64,000 nucleotides of DNA from an uncultured Bacteroidales bacterium (GTDB lineage Bacteria > Bacteroidota > Bacteroidia > Bacteroidales > Bacteroidaceae). The stretch is taken from contig CACXKA010000005.1 of assembly GCA_902768125.1 (NCBI GenBank), forward strand, positions 23,643-87,642, given 5' to 3'. Shown here in pieces: positions 27,543 to 37,224 of this stretch (the stretch's first letter is position 1; the number at the start of each line of letters is the position of its first letter). The notes below the pieces were generated by a model. That model saw nothing but the letters and a program-made list of their open reading frames with translations, was not told the origin of the DNA and did not search any database. Made by a program: the position numbers and the translations under genes.

Positions 27543-29594
27543 TTAGTTGATGAAGTAGTTCTTCGTCTGACCTTTGTAGGTGCACTTCACAGTCGCACGA
27601 CCATTGGAGATACTTCCAATCTGGAAGGTGACAGCTGGATCGGAAGCTGTAGCCTTGATAACAGAGTTATCCTTGAGTGGTGCGTATGCCTGATAGTTGT
27701 TTGCCATCATGAAACCATTGTCATTGGTGGAGAACATCGGTGCTGTAGGCAATTTGATTTCCTTACCATCAACCGTAATGGTCACAGTTGGCACAACAGG
27801 AGCCTTGATGCTTGCTGGACCCTTGCTGAAACAGAGTCCGTGAAGGTCGAAGAGACCCTGTGGACGCTGCTGACCCTGCTGCTGTCTGCCACCGCCACCA
27901 AACTGAGGACGGCCTTGTGGCTGCTCAGGCTGCTTGATTTCGTCGCCTTCCACCACAAGATAGATAGCGTGCTTGCCTGTGAGTCCTTCCACTGCAGGAA
28001 CATCCACACTATACGTTCTCTTATTATTCGCAGAAGCTGGAACGTCGATGATACCGATTTCCTGACCCTTCCAAGGATCATCCAACTTGACATGAATCTT
28101 GAAGTTGCCCTTTCCACTTGGCGTCATAGTCAATTCCAACGTCGTTCCGTCGCCCTTCTTGGTACCCTCAAAAGCCTTACAGCCCTTGGAATCCTTTGCC
28201 AAACCGCCAAAGCCAAAGTACTTGAAGCCTACGATGCCACCATTCTGGATGCCAGCGAGATCCATAGAGTTGTTCCAAACATCGTGGTTATCCTGCATCC
28301 ACTGGTTGCTGTTAGGACCATACATGTAACAAGCAAGACCCGCAGAGTAGTAAGCATAAGGAGGAAGGCCATAAATCTGGAAACCTTCAGAAGTCACCTC
28401 TGCACCAGTATATTCATTACCGTCGCTTGCCTTTGCAGTCCATTCGTTGTTCTTTGTATAGGGATCGTAACCAACGATGCGTACCTTGCCACCATCAGCT
28501 ACAGACTTCTTGTCCCACTCAATCTTCACAGGAGCCACCATTGCTTGGCGTGCATTGCCGAAGCCACGTGGTGGACGGTGATAGAACACATACCACTGAC
28601 CATTGATCTCCTGCAAAGAACCATGCGTGTTGTGACCTGCATTGGTTGTAATGAGCTTAGAACCATCCTCGTTCACCACCACGCCACGAGAGTCAACCAA
28701 CACACCACCAGAACGCCAAGGACCCAGTGGAGAGTCACCATAAGCATAGCGGAGTGCAGAGTTGGTGTTACCCAAACCGTATTCCTTACCGCTATAGCCA
28801 GAGAACACCATCACGTATTTGTTGCCCACCTGACGGATAGAAGATGCCTCGAAGAAGTTGAAATCGAGAGGGTTCTGACCTTTGTAGAGCGCCTTGTACT
28901 CACTACCAGCCCTATCAAGCAGACGACCATCGGCACTGCTGGCTGGAATGAATGGGTCAATCAGGTCTGTGCCTTGACGCTTGCTGTACATCGTGTTCTG
29001 GTCAAGCTCACAAGCAGTAGAGTGCTGGAAACCATAGAACACATACGCACGGAAGCCCTTGTCGTAGTCAGGATCTTTTTTGTCAGTGATATTCTCAATG
29101 AACACAGAAGGGTCGAAGTCGATAAGTGAACCCTCCACACACTGACGACCGTCAGGAGTCAGGTTGACAGGAGTGAAAGGACCATTGGGACGGTCACCCT
29201 TACATACCATTGGAGTACGACGCCAACCACGAGAGTGAGGATAGAGCCAGTAAGTCTTCTTACCGGTTGCCTTGTCCTTCACCTCCACGAGATCTGGAGC
29301 ATACATCGTGTCCCATCTGCCATCTACATAATGAGAGAAGATAGGACCTTCGTCACGCCATTGGCTGAGGTCTTCCACAGGAGCAGACCACATGCGCACG
29401 TCGTTACCACAATAAGCGGTGTAAGTCACGTCGTGCGAACCAATGATGTAAGCACGATACTTGCCAGGATTGTCAGGATCCTCGAATACACGAGGCTCAC
29501 CATCTGGCAAGTGCTCCCAAAGGGGAAGATAAGGGTTCTGAGCCGATGCTGTCAGGGCACAGAACGAGAAAAGAATTGAAAATAACTTTTTCAT
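27543..29594 (-). CDS. GH43 family glycoside hydrolase (xylosidase/arabinofuranosidase type) with a C-terminal beta-sandwich module
   Basis: 683 aa with a signal peptide. It has five-bladed-propeller-type motifs (NPYLPLWEHLPDGEPRVF, YAPDLVE, DPSVF). Confidence 0.75.
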   Translation of the reverse strand: MKKLFSILFSFCALTASAQNPYLPLWEHLPDGEPRVFEDPDNPGKYRAYIIGSHDVTYTAYCGNDVRMWSAPVEDLSQWRDEGPIFSHYVDGRWDTMYAPDLVEVKDKATGKKTYWLYPHSRGWRRTPMVCKGDRPNGPFTPVNLTPDGRQCVEGSLIDFDPSVFIENITDKKDPDYDKGFRAYVFYGFQHSTACELDQNTMYSKRQGTDLIDPFIPASSADGRLLDRAGSEYKALYKGQNPLDFNFFEASSIRQVGNKYVMVFSGYSGKEYGLGNTNSALRYAYGDSPLGPWRSGGVLVDSRGVVVNEDGSKLITTNAGHNTHGSLQEINGQWYVFYHRPPRGFGNARQAMVAPVKIEWDKKSVADGGKVRIVGYDPYTKNNEWTAKASDGNEYTGAEVTSEGFQIYGLPPYAYYSAGLACYMYGPNSNQWMQDNHDVWNNSMDLAGIQNGGIVGFKYFGFGGLAKDSKGCKAFEGTKKGDGTTLELTMTPSGKGNFKIHVKLDDPWKGQEIGIIDVPASANNKRTYSVDVPAVEGLTGKHAIYLVVEGDEIKQPEQPQGRPQFGGGGRQQQGQQRPQGLFDLHGLCFSKGPASIKAPVVPTVTITVDGKEIKLPTAPMFSTNDNGFMMANNYQAYAPLKDNSVIKATASDPAVTFQIGSISNGRATVKCTYKGQTKNYFIN

Positions 29595-29634
29595 TGAACA
29601 ATATGTTTAGGTTTTATAATATGTTTATGCTTGA

Positions 29635-32034
29635 TTAGTGGCTGAGTTGAACCAATTGCCCTGCTTTCACCGACATTTCATACTCATTCACGCCATCGTG
29701 GTTGCTGACGAATTGCAGTCCTTTGGCAGAAAGAGTGTCCTTGCAACGAATACGGAGCGTGCCATTCTGCTGCGCCTTGATGGTCGCAGTCTTCAGCGTG
29801 CCATTTGTCCAAGCAATGCTCACTTCGTAACCGCCACGAGCCTTGAGACCACTCACACTACCCTCTCCCCAGGCATCGGGCAAAGCAGGTAACAAATGAA
29901 TGGCAGGCTTTTCTGCCGTGATGGGGTCACTCTGCATCAGCATCTCAGCAATACCAGCGGTGACACCAAAGTTACCATCAATCTGGAAAGGCGGATGTGC
30001 ATCGAAAAGATTCGGGAATGTACGTCCGTTGGGATATTCGCGTTCTCTGCCCTCGTTAGGCAACAGACGCAGCATATTGCTGATAATCTTGAAAGCATGA
30101 TTACCATCGAGCATGCGTGCCCAGAAGTTGGTCTTCCAACCCAAACTCCATCCTGTAGCCTGATCACCACGTTGCTGAAGCGTCACACCAGCTGCCTTCC
30201 ACAATTCAGGCGTCGTGTATGGAGAAATCTGATTAGAAGGATACAAACCATAGAGGTGAGAGATGTGGCGATGCTCGTCACGTGGGTCATCCAAATCCTC
30301 ACGCCACTCCTGCAACTGTCCGTACTGACCTACCTTCATTGGTGGAATCATAGGGATTGCCTTCATGAGTTTCTGCTGGAAATCAGCATCTACATTCAGA
30401 ACCTTCGCAGCAGCCAATGCCTGCGTGAGCACGTCACGGACAATCTGGTTGTCCATCGTACAAGCAGCACATACCGTTGACTGCTTGCCCCTTCCACCAT
30501 GTTCTGGAGAAGTGCTGGGCACCACAAGCAATTCACCATCGCGCTCCACCATATAGTCAAGGTAGAACTCAGCTGCTCCCTTCATCACGGGATAGTATTC
30601 ACGCAAGAAAGCCTTGTCGAGGGTGTATTGGTAGTGCTCCCACAGATGCGTAGTCAACCAACCACCACCATTGGGGAACATACCCCATGTGGCACCGTCG
30701 ATAGGACCAGCAATACGCCAAAGGTCAGTGTTGTGATGAGCCACCCAACCACCGCAACCATACATCACACGGGCAGTCTCAGCACCCGTTTCACTCAGAT
30801 CTCTCGTCATCGTGAAGAGTGGTTCAGCCGTCTCAGAGATGTTGCAAACCTCAGCAGGCCAGTAGTTCATTTCTGCATTGATATTGATGGTGTATTTGCT
30901 GTCCCAAGGAGCATTGCGCTTGTCGTTCCAGACACCCTGCAAGTTCGCTGCCTGACCACCCTTCTGAGAAGATGAGATGAGCAGATAACGACCATAGTTG
31001 AAGAGCAATGCCACCATTCCCATGTCGGTGCTATTGTAGAACTTGTCCAGACGCTGGTCGGTGGGAAGTTTCTGATTGTCCGATGAAGTCAACGAAAGTT
31101 TCACACGACCATATTGCTTCTGATACTCCGCCAGATGACGCTTGAGAAGCTGGTCAAACTTCATCTTCTCAGCAGCAGCCAGGAATTGGTCATTCTTCTT
31201 TGCTGCATCACCGCTCACATCATGGTAGTTCACAAAGTTAGTGGCAGCAGAAATGTAAAGCGTGGCTTCAGTCGCACCTTCCACCTTAAGCGTCTCACCA
31301 TCCACCTTCACGACGCCGTCTGCCTTTACATCGGTGCGGCATTGTGCGGTCAACGCGGCAGGAATTCCCTCTTGTTCCACTCCCTGAATGGTGGCAACGA
31401 GCGTCTTACCCTCTGCTTTCACAGTAAGTGGGAACTGGCACTTATGTGAAGCCGTGAAACTGAGGGCGCCTTTCTGGCTTGCCTTCACATTCACCACCAC
31501 CACACCATCAGCCAATGAAGCAATGACACGACGAGTGTACGTCACATTATTATATATATAGGAAGTCGTGTTGGTGGCTGTCTGCAAATCCAGCTCACGC
31601 ACATAATCCTTCACTTCCTTGTGCCCAAACTCCAAACAAAGGCTTCCCACGGTGAGGAAACGCATACCATGAGGACCCTTAATGAATTCTCGGTTGATCA
31701 GATTCTCTGCATCCCTTTCCTTGCCATCAAAAATCAGGTTGCGCACCTCATCGAGGTATTGCCGGGAAGTGGTGCTGTTGTTGTTATGGGGACCACCACT
31801 CCAAAAAGTCTCTTCATTCAATTGGATTTCCTCGGTTTCGGTACCACCATACACCATAGCACCCATACGAGAGTTACCCAATGGCAATGCCTCAAGCCAC
31901 ACGGTAGCAGGACGGTCATACCACATTCGCTGGTCGTTATCAACAGATTTTGCCGAAACAGCAGCCTGTATCTCTGTCAGCCCACCTATGCAAGCCAAGA
32001 CATTCATACAGACAAAAACAATAATTTTTCTCAT
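29635..32034 (-). CDS. GH95 family glycoside hydrolase (alpha-L-fucosidase/galactosidase type)
   Basis: It has the N-terminal GH95 signature MWYDRPA..WLEALPLGNSRMGAMVYGG...IQLNEETFWSGGP. I chose the ATG at 32034 because the TAACTTTG -7 box at 32068-32075 overlaps the longer track ORF. Confidence 0.85.
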   Translation of the reverse strand: MRKIIVFVCMNVLACIGGLTEIQAAVSAKSVDNDQRMWYDRPATVWLEALPLGNSRMGAMVYGGTETEEIQLNEETFWSGGPHNNNSTTSRQYLDEVRNLIFDGKERDAENLINREFIKGPHGMRFLTVGSLCLEFGHKEVKDYVRELDLQTATNTTSYIYNNVTYTRRVIASLADGVVVVNVKASQKGALSFTASHKCQFPLTVKAEGKTLVATIQGVEQEGIPAALTAQCRTDVKADGVVKVDGETLKVEGATEATLYISAATNFVNYHDVSGDAAKKNDQFLAAAEKMKFDQLLKRHLAEYQKQYGRVKLSLTSSDNQKLPTDQRLDKFYNSTDMGMVALLFNYGRYLLISSSQKGGQAANLQGVWNDKRNAPWDSKYTININAEMNYWPAEVCNISETAEPLFTMTRDLSETGAETARVMYGCGGWVAHHNTDLWRIAGPIDGATWGMFPNGGGWLTTHLWEHYQYTLDKAFLREYYPVMKGAAEFYLDYMVERDGELLVVPSTSPEHGGRGKQSTVCAACTMDNQIVRDVLTQALAAAKVLNVDADFQQKLMKAIPMIPPMKVGQYGQLQEWREDLDDPRDEHRHISHLYGLYPSNQISPYTTPELWKAAGVTLQQRGDQATGWSLGWKTNFWARMLDGNHAFKIISNMLRLLPNEGREREYPNGRTFPNLFDAHPPFQIDGNFGVTAGIAEMLMQSDPITAEKPAIHLLPALPDAWGEGSVSGLKARGGYEVSIAWTNGTLKTATIKAQQNGTLRIRCKDTLSAKGLQFVSNHDGVNEYEMSVKAGQLVQLSH

Positions 32035-32155
32035 ATACAATAATTCATGATTAGTAAAAATGTGCTGCAAAGTTACTCTTTTTTCGCCAAAGCTTCTTTG
32101 TGGAATGTATCTTTTATTTCAAACTTTGTAACATTTCCTCATTTTTTGTCTCATA

Positions 32156-34480
32156 TTATCGCACATACACCTTTCTACCATTATAAATGTAGATGCCATG
32201 CGTTGGATGAGCCACCTCTTGACCCTGAAGGTTGTAGTACTTGCCATTTTCCAATGGACGTTGGGCAATGGATGGTGCAGCAATAGGCAATGCCTCATCC
32301 GACGGCACGAGGTAAGCACCACGAAGGTTGAGCGTTTGGTTCCAATCGACCTTCAAGGCATGGAGATGGACGAAATCATCTTCACGTTCCTCGTGATCAG
32401 TTGTCAACATAGTGCGAAACTCTTCAATTGGAATCACAATAGCACCCACTTGGGCATCCCAATAAGGATCTTGTTCGTTGAAAGACACCACAATCTGTTT
32501 CCAAGAACCATGAGGGACAAGTCGGTTGGCAAGAATACGCAACCCTGATCCCGTACCATGCAACACCAACTTCTCATATTGACTGATGTCGGCATATTGG
32601 TTGTGGTCAACATTGACAAAACCTGCCACTGCACTACCTCCTGAAGCATTCCGATTCATATTCCAATCCACTGTCACATCCTTGTCAAGCGGTTGCGCAT
32701 CAGCATCGGTGCCGTCCCATTCGTGAAACATGGATGATGCCAGTTCTATCCATTCATCTGGTGCTTCAAACTCATCCACATTGACATAACTTACAATACT
32801 ATTGAGCACACGTTCCGAACGTCCAGGGAAATACTGAGTGAGCAGCCTGTTCCGTTCTTTCTGATAGGTTTCATCCACCGTATAAAGCTTTCCCCGTGAA
32901 TTGTAAGGATGCACATCGCGGCGATAGTCACCCCAACGGGCAGATTCATCATAGAGGGCAAGGGCGATGGTGTTGTAGAGACTGTCAAACAAAGCCACTG
33001 CACTTTCCTCACCCAGCAAACCATCGTCTGCCAGCACCACCTTGGCACGTTTCAGATAGCGACAGGCAAACTTGTCATTTCTGAGCAAGTTCTGGAAAAT
33101 ACCTGTGGGAGAGGCGTTTCCACTATTTTTGTTGAGCACATTCTCTTTGGGATTGTCCAAGATGAGTTCAGAGTCCCAACAAAGGAAACGGAAACCCTCA
33201 CTATCCAATCCACGACGACGGATGGCGTACCAGTTATGATAGTCCCAGTCAGTGTTTCCACCATACTGATTGATGAGCATATAATCAATGAAGGCATCGA
33301 TATCCAACAACGAATCCAGCTGTTCATAAGCAGTGTTGTCGGATGCATGGGATGCAACATCCACCATCAGGTTCCACGCCTCCATGTCACCTTGAGCAGC
33401 CTCGAGATGATTACCTCCGTCTTCTTCCACCTTGATGACATCAATATCACCCTTCTTGCCGCCAAGATGGTCCTTGCCAAACTGGTCATCCACCCTCTCT
33501 GCAAGATTGTAAAGTCCCCAGTACATACCATTGAGGAAGACATGCACATAGAGGGCATTCACACTCGTCCAACCCATCTTGCGTTGCATTCGTCGGGCCC
33601 ACACATCACGAGTGTACTGTGCCTTCTCACGATTGGATTCCATCCAGTGTTGCCAAGCGTTTCCAAAGTGACAACGTAGCACGAGTTGGTCAAACTTGGC
33701 AGGTTCCTCCTCCCCAAAGAGGGGATATTTGAGCGTCTTGGCTCCGTATTTCTCTTTGAAGACCAAACGAAAAGAGTGCTTGGGGTTTTTCTCTGCCAGA
33801 CGTCCGTGCCCCCCATGCAGACGAAGTCCGCAAGTGGCACTGAGGTCGTGTCCCTGCTCGCCACCCATCAGTTCAATACTGGCTGGTCGCGTCCATCCAT
33901 GCCCTGTCGCATCCCCCACAGGAGGACCCGTAAAGATGTAGATACCACCCGTCTCCTCATCATTCTCGTGACTGAACAGGTTGTCTTTATCGGTCACGAT
34001 ACTGAGGATGGGCAACGACCGCAATCCCTCCTTGATTTTCTCTGCCAAGACAGGGTCTTGAGTCATTTCAGGATCCATACCGTAATCAGCAGGTGCCGTA
34101 CCCATCATCTGCGTATAGCTACCCCACTCCATCGGATAGCCCTCAGGAGAGTCCGATTGGTTCAGCACACTTTGCATGAACAGATAAGAAGCAGTGGCGA
34201 TGGGTGAGCTGACCACCCCATCCTTCATCTCAACGGCACGCAGAATCGTGCTTTTGCTGAGGGTGAGTGGTGATTTGTACAATTTACTCTCCGCTGTCGG
34301 CTCGCTGCCGTCAATCGTGTAACGAATCTCCGCCTCAGCATCCTGTGGCGTGATGCTCACACTCAAGATTCCCTTTTCGTAAAGGCCGTGAGGCTTGCCA
34401 AACTGAGGTTGCGCCGTAGTGGTTTGTGTGGCAAATAGGGCCACAATTATGGCTAGTAAAGTTTTCTTCATATATTTCAT
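32156..34480 (-). CDS. CotH kinase-family protein with a chitobiase/Fn3-associated N-domain and a T9SS C-terminal sorting domain
   Basis: The Fn3_assoc-like stretch is IRYTIDGSEPT..SKLYKSPL. The CotH-like core is KHSFRLVFKEKYGAKTLKYPLF. The tail is YYNLQGQEVAHPTHGIYIYNGRKVYVR. The track start at 34510 is GTG; ATGs lie at 34480 and 34471. Confidence 0.7.
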   Translation of the reverse strand: MKYMKKTLLAIIVALFATQTTTAQPQFGKPHGLYEKGILSVSITPQDAEAEIRYTIDGSEPTAESKLYKSPLTLSKSTILRAVEMKDGVVSSPIATASYLFMQSVLNQSDSPEGYPMEWGSYTQMMGTAPADYGMDPEMTQDPVLAEKIKEGLRSLPILSIVTDKDNLFSHENDEETGGIYIFTGPPVGDATGHGWTRPASIELMGGEQGHDLSATCGLRLHGGHGRLAEKNPKHSFRLVFKEKYGAKTLKYPLFGEEEPAKFDQLVLRCHFGNAWQHWMESNREKAQYTRDVWARRMQRKMGWTSVNALYVHVFLNGMYWGLYNLAERVDDQFGKDHLGGKKGDIDVIKVEEDGGNHLEAAQGDMEAWNLMVDVASHASDNTAYEQLDSLLDIDAFIDYMLINQYGGNTDWDYHNWYAIRRRGLDSEGFRFLCWDSELILDNPKENVLNKNSGNASPTGIFQNLLRNDKFACRYLKRAKVVLADDGLLGEESAVALFDSLYNTIALALYDESARWGDYRRDVHPYNSRGKLYTVDETYQKERNRLLTQYFPGRSERVLNSIVSYVNVDEFEAPDEWIELASSMFHEWDGTDADAQPLDKDVTVDWNMNRNASGGSAVAGFVNVDHNQYADISQYEKLVLHGTGSGLRILANRLVPHGSWKQIVVSFNEQDPYWDAQVGAIVIPIEEFRTMLTTDHEEREDDFVHLHALKVDWNQTLNLRGAYLVPSDEALPIAAPSIAQRPLENGKYYNLQGQEVAHPTHGIYIYNGRKVYVR

Positions 34481-34506
34481 TTTTCGATTGTCCAAATGGT
34501 TAGTAT

Positions 34507-36987
34507 TCACTTCGTTGAATTGCTTGTTCCAAAATAACTATAATGATTGTTGTCTGGATTGACCACAATTTGCTCCACCACTATCTCAGGATCTATCATC
34601 ACGACCTTCAAGGTATGCTTGCCTGCTGTGACATTCGAGAAGGTCGCATCAAGCCAGCGGAGGTTGTCAAACACTTCGTCGCGACGGGGAAGCTTCCTAC
34701 CATTCCAAAAACCGCTTAATGCGAGACGACCTTGAGGAGGCAGTGGCTTGAGCACCTTTGAGCGTGCAAGATTCTGAGGTGTGTATTCCTGAAACACATC
34801 ATTCAATCCCCTTCGGGCATCAATGGTCTGCATGGGTTGGTCGTCCAGTTGCACACCCAAACGAAGACCACGGGCAGGATAGATGTCTTGGGTGGGAAGG
34901 ATACCAATGGCGACGGAGAGTTGAGCATTGAGTGGAGAGTCGTCGATGTCATATTCCAACACAGCACCACTATTCTCCGCCAAAACGTTGTCACTACCCA
35001 TGCAACCCTCACCACGTCCAAGATTGGGCAGGAACATCCATGAAGCACCCGAGCCACCACTTTTACGGCTATACTTAAAAGCAGGAATGCTATACTCACT
35101 GGTTGGCGTCGCACTGCTGGCGATATGGTCAACCTTGAATCCGAGAGTTGTGGGATTGACATTTTTGTCGGGAATCGACCACCTCGTATAGCCAATGTGA
35201 TTGTCTTGCATCATCTTGTTCCACTTCCCACCTGCTATCCGATGATAAAAGTCGCTGAGTTGCTGGTCGCGCGCCATCAACTGCTCCACAAGGTTTGAGT
35301 TGCCACGAGTGGAAGCATTGTAAATCATCGCCACCCCTGCACTTGCCACCACGGGATAATACACCAACTGGTAGTAAGCATCCTGTGCTTCAGCAGGAAT
35401 CTTCGTGCGCAATGCCTCAGCACGAGCAGAGAGGGAAAGCCAAAGGCTGTCGATATAGGACATCTCTTCGTTGTTGAAGATGCCTGGCACCTGCACCTCA
35501 GGTTTGCGCCAAAGGTTGTATTTGGAATATTTGGCAATCAGGTCAGCGATTTCAGCAGCATGTTCCTCACCAAAGACAGAGCAAGCGAATTGCTCCAGCC
35601 ACGCCTGTTCTTCACCCACCTTGACGGTCTCGGGGTTCCAGGCATAGTGCATGATGAAGTCGATGGGCACTTCCTTGGGTTTCAGGTCACCCACATTGAT
35701 AATCCAGATGCGGTCAATGCCTGTCTGGTAGGCAAGATTCAACTGTTCACGGAGTTTGGGAATGGTGGTGGTGTTCACCCATCGGTCGTTCCAAGGACCG
35801 CCATTCATGTCGATGTGATAGTAAAGACCGAGACCGCCCTTCCGCTTGCGTTCGAAATCACGACCGATACGACGGAGATAGCCCCAGTTGTTGTCACAAA
35901 AAAGCAGGGTTACATCATCAGGCACAGTGAAACCTGCGTCATAATAGCGTTGCACCTCCGTGAAGATGGCCCAGAGTTGTGGCACGGCATCCTCACGTCC
36001 ATACAGTTTCTTGATAATCTTTCGCTGCCCCTTGATGACCTCGCCGAGCGTCTTCATATTGTCAGCATCGTCACCAGTACCCATTGCCACGTCGCCGTCA
36101 CCACGCATACCGATGGTCACGAGGTTGTCATAATTCTTGTTACGCTGCATGCCCTCCAAGAAGAACTGATCAATCCGCTCCTTATTGGTGGCATAATCCC
36201 AAGGACCCACCTGCTCCTTGCGATGCAGATATTCCTGATGAGCCCGCATCATTGGTTCGTGGTGCGAAGTGCCCATCACAATGCCGTATGCATCCGCCAA
36301 CCGAGGACTCTCCTCATCATCCTCGTTAAAGGCAGTCGCCCACATGGCTGGCCAAAGATAGTTTGCCTTGAGGCGCAAGAGAAGTTCGAACATATGAGCA
36401 TACATCTTGGAGTTGACACCTCCGAAATGCTCCGTTGCCCAACCACCAAACGAGGGCCATTCGTCATTGATAAAGATGCCACGATACTTCACCTTTGGCT
36501 CACCATCAGTGTATTCACCCTGATTGACAAATATCTGTTCATGCTTCGCAATTGGTGCATCAGCCCACCAATACCAAGGACTGACACCAATCTGGCGGGA
36601 GAGTTCATAAATACCGTAGATAGTGCCACGCTTGTCGCTACCAAGAATGACAAGCTTATTGCCATCTATGGTGATGATGTACTGCTCCCACTTGCCCTGC
36701 AACTGCTTTGCAAACTGCTTGTATTTCTTCACGCACTGGCTCTTTCCAACCGTACCCACCACGATAGGAGCACACTCACTGCCCGTCACAGCCACCAAAT
36801 CCTTACGGAGATTGCCAACCGCAATCCTCACTCCCTCCCAATCAGCAGGATCATAAAGGATGGTGTCAGCACTCCCTGTGAGACACAACTGAGTCGCCTT
36901 CTCTCTGGAAAACGTGACGAAGGATTCGGTTGCCCATATACAAGATGCAGACCATACGCACAACAACAATGGCAATAATTTTCTCAT
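34507..36987 (-). CDS. GH115 family glycoside hydrolase (xylan alpha-glucuronidase type), paralog 1
   Basis: 826 aa with a signal peptide. It carries GVSPWYWWADAPI, KYRGIFINDEWPSFGGW and ELLLRLKANYLWPAMW. It is clearly paralogous to 42117-44519. Confidence 0.75.
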   Translation of the reverse strand: MRKLLPLLLCVWSASCIWATESFVTFSREKATQLCLTGSADTILYDPADWEGVRIAVGNLRKDLVAVTGSECAPIVVGTVGKSQCVKKYKQFAKQLQGKWEQYIITIDGNKLVILGSDKRGTIYGIYELSRQIGVSPWYWWADAPIAKHEQIFVNQGEYTDGEPKVKYRGIFINDEWPSFGGWATEHFGGVNSKMYAHMFELLLRLKANYLWPAMWATAFNEDDEESPRLADAYGIVMGTSHHEPMMRAHQEYLHRKEQVGPWDYATNKERIDQFFLEGMQRNKNYDNLVTIGMRGDGDVAMGTGDDADNMKTLGEVIKGQRKIIKKLYGREDAVPQLWAIFTEVQRYYDAGFTVPDDVTLLFCDNNWGYLRRIGRDFERKRKGGLGLYYHIDMNGGPWNDRWVNTTTIPKLREQLNLAYQTGIDRIWIINVGDLKPKEVPIDFIMHYAWNPETVKVGEEQAWLEQFACSVFGEEHAAEIADLIAKYSKYNLWRKPEVQVPGIFNNEEMSYIDSLWLSLSARAEALRTKIPAEAQDAYYQLVYYPVVASAGVAMIYNASTRGNSNLVEQLMARDQQLSDFYHRIAGGKWNKMMQDNHIGYTRWSIPDKNVNPTTLGFKVDHIASSATPTSEYSIPAFKYSRKSGGSGASWMFLPNLGRGEGCMGSDNVLAENSGAVLEYDIDDSPLNAQLSVAIGILPTQDIYPARGLRLGVQLDDQPMQTIDARRGLNDVFQEYTPQNLARSKVLKPLPPQGRLALSGFWNGRKLPRRDEVFDNLRWLDATFSNVTAGKHTLKVVMIDPEIVVEQIVVNPDNNHYSYFGTSNSTK

Positions 36988-37129
36988 ATCGGTTTTATCT
37001 TGTTAGTAAATAGAAAGCGTGAAGGTACATCCCACACAAAACGCGTTGCAAAGTTAGAGATTTTCGTTGAAACCCACTTTGCAACGTGTTTCATATATTT
37101 GCGCGTATGTTACTTGTTACATTTATTTC

Positions 37130-37177
37130 AAATAAATGTCCTCAGTGTCATCGGTGTCATCGTCATCGGTGTCATCG
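37130..37177 (+). repeat. 48-nt direct repeat, left copy
   Basis: The sequence is AAATAAATGTCCTCAGTGTCATCGGTGTCATCGTCATCGGTGTCATCG. Its first 10 nt are half of a 21-bp palindrome, ACATTTATTTCAAATAAATGT (37120-37140). Confidence 0.95.
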
Positions 37178-37183
37178 ATGCCA

Positions 37184-37224
37184 CATAAAAGCGTATCTCT
37201 CAAGCCGCGTGGCTCGAGAGATAC
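37184..37224 (-). terminator. rho-independent terminator of the 779-aa gene (stem overlaps the stop codon)
   Basis: On the minus strand the stem is GTATCTCTC...GAGAGATAC, followed by GCTTTTATG. Confidence 0.7.

Noticed and set aside
35560-36978. 472-aa plus-strand ORF, plus similar ORFs at 32909-33679, 38403-39218, 42054-42692, 49909-50970, 51945-52688 and 57503-58330
   Set aside because: All are antisense shadows of strongly supported genes: GH115, CotH, the 779-aa protein, GH115 paralog 2, YARHG, the M6 protease and atpA.
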